The notes below the pieces were generated by a model that was given only the letters and a program-made list of their open reading frames with translations, had not been told where the DNA came from and ran no database searches. Made by a program: the position numbers and the translations under genes. 64,000 nucleotides of DNA from Stylophora pistillata (Eukaryota), in the NCBI RefSeq assembly GCF_002571385.2, contig NW_019217860.1, positions 638,856 to 702,855 of the forward strand. The letters run 5' to 3'. This document shows positions 26,401 to 38,146 of the stretch, one piece after another (the stretch's first letter is position 1; each line of letters begins with the position of its first letter).

Positions 26401-27329
26401 CTTTGTTGGGCAAGTGGCTGTAATCACCGGAGAAATTGCAGGAAAGAACAGGCTTTCGCAAGCAGTGGGAAATATGTTTGGGGTTTTGGCCATCCCTATG
26501 AGTTTTGGACCGCCGGTCGCAGGTAAGAACAGATCCCGAGCGCACGCTCGAAACAAATGAATGGGGGGAAATCAATTATTAACCAATTCTAATCTCTCTA
26601 GTTGAGTTTGTCCACTTTGGGTATTCTTCTGCGCTTTACTAAAAGAACAGAGTTCATTTTCACGGAGACAAATGTGTTTTGGGCCTGACTCAGAGTCTTT
26701 TAAGACCGAGCCGCTAGACGAGAGTAAAATGATTCTAAGAGGGACCCAAAACATATTTTTTCCCAAGAACATAAACTGCATCACTATTATATTACTTTCA
26801 GGGACATTGCGAAAATGAAAACTAAAAAAAATAATAATAAATAAAACAGTCTGAACAATCACGGGAGCGAACGAGCGGTTGTCATACATTTTTTCCCGCC
26901 GAAATATCTCGTTTGGCCCACAAAGGCGCCACAATGTCTAACGAAATGATTGTAAAAGAAAAAATATCCAACCATTCTTTTTCTTTTTTCTTTTTCTTCT
27001 TTCCTTTTTTGTTTTGCAAAGGACCAGACATGTAAAGTATAACTAAGAATTTCGGGCCTTTTTTTTCTGTTTATGCAGGCTGGCTTTATGAAGCTACAGG
27101 CTCTTACCACCAAGCATTCTTTGTGTGTGGGAGTGTGGCCATCATGGCTTCTCTACTTGTTTTCGTCGTGTCTCGCTTAGATCGAAATCAAAAAAGAGGA
27201 AGTAAAAATACGGACTTAAACAATGTATGCAGGTATGAAGTGAGTTTTGAAAGTGAAATGTCTACCATACTTGGAGAGAAAACATCCCGTGAAGTCCTCA
27301 TCGTCACAGACAAAGAAACTGTTCTGTAG
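23431..27329 (+). CDS. SLC16 monocarboxylate transporter family member (MCT8/MCT10-like), copy 1
   Basis: Exons 23431-23638, 24459-25021, 26153-26522, 27079-27329 join in frame; PEGGWGWVV, FGIHNSFG, DRFGFR, YFDKRLALANGLGTSGSGVG, GRVIFG, FGFFDG, GPPVAGWLYEATGSY. Confidence 0.93.
25255..25605 (+). mobile_element. tRNA-headed SINE with Deu/Nin-like central domain
   Basis: tRNA head with GGTTCGAGTCC B box; central ggttagatattctagtcttctcggatagggacgaataaatggaggtccc resembles the Deu/Nin core (recalled). Confidence 0.7.
25865..26085 (+). mobile_element. tRNA-headed SINE (V-domain-like)
   Basis: TGGCGCAGTGG A box, GGTTCGATTCC B box, core gagtttgt...gttctc...gggtttttctccgggtcctccggttttcctcc, (ATTT)n tail. 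Confidence 0.8.
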
Positions 27330-27893
27330 TTGCATGTTTTGTATATCTTGCATGACCATGGATTTGAGATCTTTTATTAATGACAGAGCTCTCTTCGATT
27401 GAGTGTTATAGAACGAAAACCAAAGAAATCACAACAGCCAATCAGAAGAAAAGGGAAAAATCTGAAGGAGCCAATCCTAACTTAGAATTAAAAGCATACA
27501 AACTGTCTAAAGCGCGGGAAAATGTGAGAAACCAAGTCGCGGCTGCTTTCAGCTTTGCATATGATTGGTTGAGAGATGGTTGGCAATATTTTGGACCAAT
27601 TACGAAACGCAGCAAGGCAAAACTTACGCAGTCTCGAATCACTATAGGCACTCAATCGTAACTTGTTTTGTAATAATTTAAATTTATTTTGCTGGTGTCG
27701 TGTTTTAGAAGGTTTTTTTTTTTTTTCTTGTTCTTTCCACGTCACATTTACCCAAACCTAAAATTATGAGGTAGTGATATACACGACTCTCCTGGTACTA
27801 AGGAAATTTGGATTCTAGCGTTTTTAACTTTTGCTGTATGTAACATGGACCATACCAATACATACAGCCTTGCTGTAAAAAAAGATTGACATA

Positions 27894-28121
27894 CCGTAAA
27901 TCCTCCAATACGTCCACCGGGGAGCCTATTTATTTCAGGTACTTTGGAAGGGGGACTGGCTTATTAGAGGGGGGCTTACTAATTTAGCCTGATGTTCACC
28001 ACCAGGATACAATAGGATATGAGAGGGGGGGAGGGGCTTAATTAATCTCTTCCTCGAACGAGGGAGCGCTTATTAGAGGGGGTGGCTCATAAGAGCGGAG
28101 GGCTTAATAGAGGATTTACGG
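27894..28121. mobile_element. Tc1/mariner-type MITE
   Basis: TIR CCGTAAATCCTC...GAGGATTTACGG flanked by TA on both sides. Confidence 0.8.
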
Positions 28122-29204
28122 TATTTTTTAATTGGAATTATTTTTGTGGGCGATCAAGTGTTTTGAAAAGAGCTTTTGTTAGTTTTCAGGTAGCAGTTGA
28201 GTGTACACTTTCTCTGAAAAAGCGCCTTTGTTACTATGAGTTACTTGAGCAAATATTTTACGTACTGTGGGGAATTTTTGGACAAATCCTTGCGTATTTA
28301 TAAGAGAAATTGTAGTAGTGCAAACTAGGAACCTAACGAAAAATTATTTATGAAGACACTGCTAACATTTATATTCATTGGTTGCGTATTTAGATAAACG
28401 TCGGTGTTATTGTATTATTCAAGCAAAAAGTTGTGGAATTATTTTACGTACCGCGAGGGAATGTTTTTACAAATTATTTGTTAACTTATGAAAAATTTGA
28501 GCAGAGCGTAAAATACAAAATTATACTTTAAGAGAACAACTATTTATTGAGACGTTATTCACATTTCTAGCCGCATGTTGCGATTCTATTTGCACTTCAA
28601 TTATATTTTAATGTGAAAAAAAGTTTACTTCTAATAATTTATTTTTGGAAGAGGTTATTATTTGTTATTAAGTTGATATGAAATAAAGTTTCAGTTCCAT
28701 GCAATAGGGAATTGATTATCATCAGAACTTGTTGCGTTGTTGTTGTCGTTTTTGTTTCTTTCTTTTTCGATCAGCGAGAAAAAGGAACAGGGAAGGGAGG
28801 GTGAGGAAGAAGATGGGGTTGGGAAAGGGTTTGGGGTAGTCTTGTACCCAGACCTTCAACGGCGAAACGGTCAATTGCAGTCTGGGCTCGAGATTGGGTG
28901 GATGCGTCTGCGCGTTAAGAAGAAACAGCTACGTTCAAGTAAGAAACTTGCATTTTGGCAAAGGGGCTAGGTTTTGGGGTGGGGATGAAGTCAAAGTGAA
29001 AGCCCCCATCGACCACTGAAAACGTTCAGTTTCAAATCGGCCGAGCCAAACGCGAAACAACTTATGGGAATTTTTCGAACTTAACACGTTTTGTTCCGAC
29101 AAAGTCGTACAAGAGAACAAGAGAACACGACAAAGTCCTACAAGAGAAATGTAAGCATCCCAAGCAGCAAAGTGTAAGCTGTTCGCTAACAAGAATTCAT
29201 TGAA

Positions 29205-29395
29205 AGATAATAAATACGATAGGCCCCGTTTGGCGCGAAAATACGCACAGATATTTGTCCTTGGACATGATCTGTTCTTTGACCTCACAGTTTTCCTGGA
29301 GCTTCGCTCGGAAAACTGTTCGCGTCTCGGAACAGATAATGTTCGCGGAGAAATATCCGTTCACATTTCGCGCCATATGGAGGTTTTTGTTTATC
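29205..29395. repeat. Imperfect palindromic dispersed repeat
   Basis: tttggcgcgaaaat...gatatttgtccttggacatgatctgttc pairs with gaacagataatgttcgcggagaaatatc...atttcgcgccata. Confidence 0.6.
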
Positions 29396-29918
29396 ATGAC
29401 CATAATTTTACAGACGTGCGTAGCGTAGCACCCGGTAGCCACAGGGGGGCTCAGTGAGGCAAACAGAATCGTTCAGTATACGTGACTATTATATCGATAT
29501 TGCATCATCCATTCGCATACATCACGCGACCTGACAAGATCAGAGAACATAAACAAAGAACAAAGCTGGTGGGACGAGGTCGACGAATCACGCAGATCGG
29601 TTAAAACCGCCTTTGCATCTGAAATCCACACTCTCCGAAGCATTAAAATAACATTCCTCGTCGTGTTACCTCACCCAACGCTCCGTTACGCAACGTTCAA
29701 CTAGTAGTCACGCAACGTTCAACTAGTATAACATAAAAACAATTTACTATGATCACTACGCATTGGCGCGCGGTTGGTAAACAAGAAAAGAGAGCCTTCT
29801 AGTGATATACGACAATCTGATCAAAAGTGTCTGGGTGGTTTCTCATCTATATCCTGAGGAACACAATGAGATTCACCAGCTAGGTTCGGGTTGTGAATCG
29901 ATTTACTGTGATCGAGAA

Positions 29919-32900
29919 ATGAAAAGTGAAAAACAAGCAGATGGTGGACTTAGGGGGAAATCGACAAGTCGAGACGGCGGCTACGGATGGGTAGTTTGCT
30001 GTGGGACTTTCATTGTAAATTTTGTGGTATTCGGAATTCACAACTCATTTGGTGTTGTGTATGTTAACCTACTCGATGATCTACAACTTGGTGAGATGCA
30101 AACAGGTGAGCAAACAGTCCGTACTGGTACGTAGTTAGTGATTTCAGACTATACTTTGATCTATACGGTTACTCAAGTGTCAAAGTAATTGTGCTTGTAC
30201 TAGACAAAATCACTGTAAACACAAGGGATTTTAAAACTAACTTATTAAATATGTTCAATTCCAGTCTTGAACAGAGAAGTAGCTCTGCTTCATCGTTAAT
30301 GGAATAGATTTAAGTGCACGCGTTAGGATGAAACACGCATTAACCTTAATTGAAACGATCTAACTGTTGTTCACTTGCTAATTTTAGAAGAATACAAAAG
30401 GATTAATCGAACCTGAGAGAGTACATCGAAAATGATACATGTCGCAGTGCTATCTTTCAAAGAGAACTAACTGTATCTCTAGCTTCGCTTGAAGTTGATT
30501 AATTCTCTATTAAAACTGACTAGTTGTAAATGACAATAAGCTAAGTGAGTGAAATTGATATCTTGACTGACACGATACATATGAATTGATGAATTGAAAC
30601 ATTGAACTATTTCCCTTCGAGCTGAAGTTTCATTTTCGTTTTTCACTCAATAATTTCTCGCCAGGAATTTACACCTGAAAAAGGTGGGTGTCCGCACATG
30701 AATCGATTATTATGGTCATCACGAGTTTGGACTAAACCTTTGAAAAATAAACAAATGCTGGTCTCCTGATGAAAGCACATCAATTTCTTTCCCCGTGATT
30801 TTTTCTGACTTGAATCAAAACAACAAACATCTTCTTGCCTGAAATTTTCAATACTTACTTCTATATAACGGGCAAGTGATTACTTCCAAATTTCTATTCC
30901 GTCAGAAATAAGGTTGCTAATTTGCTGTTTATCACGTGTGGCCGACCTGTCAACTATAGCACAGCAATGGAGATGTCAAGTACAGATTAATTATGGAAGA
31001 CTTCTGATAAAGGGTCCCAATGGGGTGATGGTTTTTACGGCTAACGGTTAAAATTTTGGCCAATCGACGACTAACGGCTAATATCTTTCCGTGGCAGTCA
31101 CCAAAAAAAATTTTAGTAGTTATTTTTTTAACCACTAGCGGTTACAATTTTTGAACTGTTACGCCTAATGGCTAAATTTTTTTGGCCATGTTACTGCTAT
31201 CGATTAACAGAGACCTTCCAGATGCTAAGTCTAAGCACGCCCTTGATTAGTTTAGCATCGTAACATCAGGGATGCACAGCAAGTTCTGCCTGGCATGGTT
31301 AATGTCTGCAGAAGTTTTAAAGTCACAGGTTATCGCCTAAATTTTGGTTTACAATGACTAATGGGACAACTGTAGAATTTGTGAACAGGGTTTTATAGAG
31401 AGCGCATTGGCGTGTTTCAGAATCTACAAGATAGGCGTCATCGACCAAGCGTGAGGTCCACAAAACAAGTGTTAACAAAAACAATAACAACGGCAGCTTG
31501 ACAGAGCATGCTTACTCTTCTAAAGGTTTAACCAAAAGAACATAATGTTGTATTATTTTCCCTTGGACTTACCTAAAATCCCGAAAAAGTAAAGATCGAT
31601 ATGCCCAAAAATCGAGAAACTCGTCCCTTCTTTTAATGAAAAATATAGTTTCTTGCTTGTAAAGCAATGCAAATAGATAATTTCCTTTGCGCTAACAAAC
31701 AAATCACCGTCCAAAAGATTTCGAAGCATGGGGAGTAAAGCTCACTTCGTCTTGAAGAAGAAGGGATTATCATCATGCTTTTTAGTGCCGTTTGTACTCG
31801 GAGGGAGTGGAAGTTGTAGAATAGGCGGTTAAACTTTTCATTCTTAGGGGTTTCAAATAATATCAAAAAATAAGTAGAACAGTTAAGAGAGGCGACAAAA
31901 ACATCGACTAAGGGACTTTCGTTTGATTCTTGATTCTATCTTGCCAGGATACATTGTACACGCCGAATCATTGTCTGTTTTTAAGAGTAGACTTAAAATT
32001 TATTTGAATATTTATTGAATATTTATTGAATCTGTAGCCATTATATTTTATCTTTTGTATGTTTTTAGTCAGGGAAAATATTTTTATACAGGGCTAACCT
32101 CACGATTTTCCCTTATGAGGATGTATTTTTAATATTTGCGTTGTAGCTTCCTGAATAAATGTTATGTAATGTTATGTTATGTTATGTTACACCATATTCT
32201 CGGATCTAAAAAATGAAATGTACAAGAAATGGAAACCTGACAGTGATGAGGAGACTTAAATATTCAAATCTTGTATGAGAAAGGATGATGATGATACCCT
32301 TGGGTGGGCGCCTTGCATGGGTCTTTGTGTCCCGTGCGCGCCTTTCTCTTTTAGCCTGGCTTTTATTAATTTCGCATAGTTATTCTACTTATTCCTTCCT
32401 ATCTTGTAAATAGTTTTATTCCATTTATTGCCCAGTAAAGATTTAAAGAATTTTCAGGATAAGAAGGTGAAGATTTTACAGGCAAGGATACATAGCGTTC
32501 GTATTGAAATGCTTCTGAAGTGTGAGACAGTGGATGATGGGAAGCGTAAGGTGGAATTTGATGAAATCTGCTACTGTGGCCAGACTAACTCATGCACTTA
32601 CACCGATATTGGGTATTGAAGGGTTCTCTTTGGCTCATTGGAAAGCATCCGAGCGCGAAATCCGAATGTCTGGGATCGATTCAGCGTGGGGGAATTCAGA
32701 TATTTTCCACTGCTCCACACTTGTGACAAAAATAATAAAATCTTTATACACTGAGATCATTGTTTTATTTCTTTTCACAGCGTCGATCGGTGCCATGGCT
32801 ATGGGGTTGAACTTCTTCTTTGGTCCTATATCAAGTGCACTGTGTGATCGTTTTGGATGTCGCGTTGTGTCCTTCGCTGGCGCGTTGCTGTCCGTATCAG

Positions 32901-34603
32901 GGTTGTTCCTAACTTCGTTCATACAAGAAGTTCATAAAATGTATGTGACCTACGGACTTGTATGGGGAGTGGGTTCTAGTTTCTCCTTCGTGTCGTCCAT
33001 CGTTGTCCTTGGTGAGTACTTTAATAAAAGACTGGCGCTCGCCAATGGGATTGCAACATCCGGGAGTGGCGTAGGCTCTCTTGTTGCCGGGCCGGTCATA
33101 AATTACCTACTGGGATCTGTTGGATGGAAAAACTCCATGCGCATTTTGAGTGCGTTTGCTGGACTGTTGTGGTTTGCGGCTATGATCTTTAAGCCAAAGA
33201 AAAATCTTCAGTCTACTGGGCAAAGAAGAGAACGTACCAAGTTATTTGATACATCAATATGGAAGAATAAAGCGTATGTTTTGTGGGTCACTACTGTAGC
33301 CGTGTTTCAATTTGGTTATCTGATTCCATTTATTCACCTGGTAAGTTGTATCATTATTTTTTTATACTCTTTTTTCCTCTCGTTCCTGACTGGTTAGTGA
33401 CAAATGCATAAATAGGTTGTGGACTGCCATTCACGATTTCTTTCTTGCAATCTCGCTAAAAGGGTTAGTATTTAAAGAAAAGTTACCAATGTTGATCTAC
33501 AGAATATACTTCGAAGAACATTAAACTTGGTCTTTGTGTCATGATAATTTAATAAAATAATAAATTCAAAGAAAACACGAGCGTTTTCTAGACAATTTTT
33601 TTTATTAGCCACCGTTAGGTAGAGAATTTCTAAAGCAGACACAACTCGCGTTGACCCCTGAAGAATTAAGGGCTAACACTTGAAACGCAAGCTTTAGAAA
33701 CTCTTTACGGTGGCAAATTCACATTATCAACTCAGTTGATTAAACCAAAATAATTTGGAAATTCCCTCCCCCGACGCAGCACCACAGTTTTGTCAGAAAC
33801 TTACCGCCTTATTCGTCTTGTTATTCTCTGCAGGTGAAGTATGCCGAAGATTTAGGAGTACCAAAATCTAAAGGCGCATGGCTAATTGGCTTTCTGTCAA
33901 TTACCTCAACACTTGGACGAGTGGTATTCGGCAAAATTTCCGACCTGAAATTTGTCAACAGGCTCTACATGTACCAATTTTCGATATTTTCCATTGGATT
34001 GACCACCCTCTTGTGCCCTCTGGCCAAAAACTATGCAGGACTTGTGAGTTATACTTTGATATTCGGATTTTTTGACGGATGTTTTGTTGGCCAAGTTGCA
34101 GTGATTACAGCTGATGTGGTCGGACACGATAAACTTTCTCAAGCAGTGGGAAACATGTTTGGAACTCTGGCGATACCAATGAGTCTTGGACCTCCGCTCG
34201 CAGGTAATCAGGTTTATGTAAATTTTTAATTAAATGTCGAGTGAAAACGGTCGACTAACCTAAGGTTTCAACTTTGTTTTTAGGTTGGCTGCATGAAGCA
34301 TTCGGCACCTATGATAAAGCATTTTACATTGCCGGTTCTGTGGCGATATTTTCTTCTCTCTTGATTTTTGGTGTAAACTATATGATTCGAAAGCAGTTTA
34401 CAGAAAGGGAAATTGAGGAGCAGTTGGGATTAAAAAGCGACACTTCGCTGAGTGTTTCTGAAGCTGAAACAGCTTCTGACTCTGCTTACAAAGATACAGA
34501 ATCAAAGCCGATGCTGGAAGAGGAAGAGTACGTGGCCGTCAATAAATTTTGCAAGCTGCACTGTGCGTTAAGAACAAGCAAGGCACTTCTTGTGGTCGAC
34601 TCT
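29919..34603 (+). CDS. SLC16 monocarboxylate transporter family member (MCT8/MCT10-like), copy 2; stop codon lost in N gap
   Basis: Exons 29919-30105, 32781-33340, 33834-34203, 34284->34603; same intron positions and phases as copy 1 (exon 3 is 370 nt in both); RDGGYGWVV, YFNKRLALANGIATSGSGVG, GPPLAGWLHEAFGTY. Confidence 0.92.
31950..32189 (+). mobile_element. Probable LINE 3' UTR remnant with (TGTTA)n tail
   Basis: AATAAA followed directly by five or six TGTTA-like repeats at 32160-32189; left boundary approximate. Confidence 0.45.
33655..33815 (+). mobile_element. Decayed copy of hammerhead-bearing Penelope-type non-autonomous repeat (others ~38995-39200, 42210-42357, ~43590-43670)
   Basis: agggctaacacttgaaacgcaagctt...tttacggtggcaaattcacattatcaactcagttgat...cccccgacgcagcaccacagttt homologous to 49260-49495. 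Confidence 0.7.
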
Positions 34604-35699
34604 NNNNNNNNNNNNNNNNNNNNNNNNNNNNNNNNNNNNNNNNNNNNNNNNNNNNNNNNNNNNNNNNNNNNNNNNNNNNNNNNNNNNNNNNNNNNNNNNN
34701 NNNNNNNNNNNNNNNNNNNNNNNNNNNNNNNNNNNNNNNNNNNNNNNNNNNNNNNNNNNNNNNNNNNNNNNNNNNNNNNNNNNNNNNNNNNNNNNNNNNN
34801 NNNNNNNNNNNNNNNNNNNNNNNNNNNNNNNNNNNNNNNNNNNNNNNNNNNNNNNNNNNNNNNNNNNNNNNNNNNNNNNNNNNNNNNNNNNNNNNNNNNN
34901 NNNNNNNNNNNNNNNNNNNNNNNNNNNNNNNNNNNNNNNNNNNNNNNNNNNNNNNNNNNNNNNNNNNNNNNNNNNNNNNNNNNNNNNNNNNNNNNNNNNN
35001 NNNNNNNNNNNNNNNNNNNNNNNNNNNNNNNNNAAGCACTCAAGAAGCTAGCGTCGCTCTCGGCTATCGCCTCGAGCGACTCTTACGCTTCTTTCGTGCT
35101 TAGCAACCTCCCGCGTGCATCCATAACTCAATAGTGTACGCTGTGGTGTTTACCATTTGTTAATTATAGCATCGTCAATGATTCTTAGATTATCGATAGA
35201 GCAATTAATATTTTCTCCCAGTCGAGTGAGGAAACTTAATCCAGGGTTGCTTTAGTTTTGCAACCCTAAACTGAGATAGCTAACGTCGAAGAAAAAATTA
35301 TACAAATATTTCATAAATAAGGCAAAAACTAAATCTTTAATTTTGCAGAAAAAGTTCATAACTGAGAACATTAATTATTGTAAGACTGCCCGATTGACCA
35401 AGTTAGCGCGTAACAGCATAGCGTAGCGTAGAGTGGTACGATCACTTGACCTTAGAACGTCGGAATATTAGAAATCGATGATTATTATTTCAGGAGACAG
35501 ACATCAGTCACAGAGTTTCTCAGGGAGTCGGAATTACATTACCCTGGGAGGTCTTGAATATTAAATGACCCAAATTCCTTGAGTACTGGAGTGCACTGCC
35601 GTGAGTCTTGTACCCAGACCTTCCACGACCAAGCGCCCATCACACAATAGGATCTGGGTACGAGATTAGGCATCCCTCTGACCAATTCGATGTTAGCTG

Positions 35700-36014
35700 T
35701 CGACTACGAGTAGTCCCTCCTTTTCAGCGAAGTCTGTCGCACGAGTAAAAAAAAAAAATCAGTGGAAAAAATAAGATGCTAATAGTGCGCCGTTTGGAAC
35801 TCCCTAGGAGCTACACGAGTGAGGGCCTCTCATGGAATTCTCTCCATGAGTGAGCGCCTCATTCGAAGAGTTTCCCGCGACGCGCTGACAGCATTTTTTC
35901 TTCACTGATCTTATTTTATTTTTCTTCTTTTTCCTTTTTTGTTTTGTTTTGTTTTGTTTAGTTTTTTGAAAAGCGCGACGGACTTTGCCGAATAGGAGGG
36001 CCGTTCGTAGTCTA
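35700..36014. mobile_element. MITE-like element with imperfect TIRs
   Basis: cgactacgagtagtccctccttttcagcgaagtctgtcgc ... gcgacggactttgccgaataggagggccgttcgtagtcta. Confidence 0.65.
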
Positions 36015-36089
36015 TGTTGGCTGCTTTCGATCTCCCAATACGTTTTGTGCACAAATCTCTAGATAGTTATCACCAACATTATTGTTATT

Positions 36090-37031
36090 CGTATGATGCA
36101 CGATCCTTCGCAGTAGATAGCGCTATTTATGCAATAGCGAAAATCAGACCTGAAAAAAATCAGGCCTGTACGGGATTCGAACCACTGACCTCTGCGATAC
36201 TAGTGCAGCGCTCTACCAATTGAGCTAACAAGCCAACTGGGAGCAGGCCGTTAAGTTGATTCGTAATAAACCCGTGATGATAAATCAGATACAATGAATA
36301 TATGAAGTTCATATATTTTGAACTGCGGTATTAAATACGTATGATGCACGATCCTTCGCAGTAGATAGCGCTATTTATGCAATAGCGAAAATCAGACCTG
36401 AAAAAAATCAGGCCTGTACGGGATTCGAACCACTGACCTCTGCGATACTAGTGCAGCGCTCTACCAATTGAGCTAACAAGCCAACTGGGAGCAGGCCGTT
36501 AAGTTGATTCGTAATAAACCCGTGATGATAAATCAGATACAATGAATATATGAAGTTTATTACGAATCAACTTAACGGCCTGCTCCCAGTTGGCTTGTTA
36601 GCTCAATTGGTAGAGCGCTGCACTAGTATCGCAGAGGTCAGTGGTTCGAATCCCGTACAGGCCTGATTTTGTTCAGGTCTGATTTTCGCTATTGCATAAA
36701 TAGCGCTATCTACTGCGAAGGATCGTGCATCATACGTATTTAATACCGCAGTTCAAAATATATGAACTTCATATATTCATTGTATCTGATTTATCATCAC
36801 GGGTTTATTACGAATCAACTTAACGGCCTGCTCCCAGTTGGCTTGTTAGCTCAATTGGTAGAGCGCTGCACTAGTATCGCAGAGGTCAGTGGTTCGAATC
36901 CCGTACAGGCCTGATTTTTTTCAAGTCTGATTTTCGCTATTGCATAAATAGCGCTATCTACTGCGAAGGATCGTGCATCATACGTATTTAATACCGCAGT
37001 TCAAAATATATGAACTTCATATATTCATTGT
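36090..37031. mobile_element. Second tandem + inverted array of the tRNA-like-containing unit (248 bp) with 12-bp TSD
   Basis: Units start 36090, 36338; inversion junction at 36555-36557 (GTT microhomology, no N); ATTATTGTTATT at 36078-36089 and 37032-37043. Confidence 0.88.
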
Positions 37032-38146
37032 ATTATTGTTATTATTTTTATTAACATCATTATTTTCATCATTATTTTTTGCACGTTGCAAAAATCGTGA
37101 AAGGGTTACGAAGCGGGTCGTACGCACGTGACAAGTCTTGCGTGAGAAGCCCGGTGGAACTTTGTCATAGCACCAAACCGTTACGGCAGGTGGCCAGATT
37201 CAGGAAAAAGAAAAACTAAAATTACAGCTGTCATATCAAACCCTGCATGTGTCAGTGGCTGTCTTTTGTCTGATCAACGCAAGTGTAATATTGCTAAGTC
37301 AATGTGAAGGAACTAAGGAAGCTTTTAATAAATCGACTCAGGAAGGTAAACAAATGAAATTAAGAGGTCCAACAGCAAATGAAACTGCGAATTGGAAATG
37401 CTTCCGGCAAAGAAAATTGATCTTATGTCCGAAAATCAGCGAATGATAGGCCGCTCAGAATTTGGTGTATTGATGATACACAGTTGAAGTGTTAACGACG
37501 CAAATTGTCCACGAACTGTTGGAGAAAACGATATAGGTAACAAATTCGTGCACAGAGGAAATTGTGTACCACCTTCCTTAGTAGGAAATACAACAGAAAA
37601 AAAAAAATAAACATAGAAGCGAAGACGAAAGTTTATGTAAATCCTTTTTCTGATGAAATTGGTTTTCAGTACATTTTTTGATTAATTCGTGTTTATTTAA
37701 AAACTTGCTTGACAACGAATTTTGTTGACACATTTGCATTTCTTAACCTTAGGCGTTTATAGGTTTTTAACAGGCGGGTTAACGCACTGTGATTGTAACT
37801 TTACGTTGTCTATCGTGGTAGAAAGGGGAAAAGCATGTCGTTTGTCGTTCACATGTGACTGTTCGCACGAGTTTTTTTGCTTGACACCTACATAGGGAAA
37901 ATTTTCGTAGAATATTTACTCAGTGTCAACACAATCGTACAAACGCTGACGATAACCTGAGCTGGTGTGGTCAGGGGCCTTGTAAAGCAAGACTTCGTTA
38001 TCAGTTTCTTTTAAGTAAGACTACTTGTGGTTTGAAAGATTCTACAAATCGCCAAACTGGGTTGTTCGTCGTCGAACGCAGCAAAACCAGCGGCTGACCG
38101 CAACGCACAAACACGTGATGACGAAAACGACAACAACCAAGCCGCC

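Noticed and set aside
30148-30160. AGACTATACTTT matching the U3 snoRNA 5' end
   Set aside because: Only 12 nt, with no downstream U3 boxes
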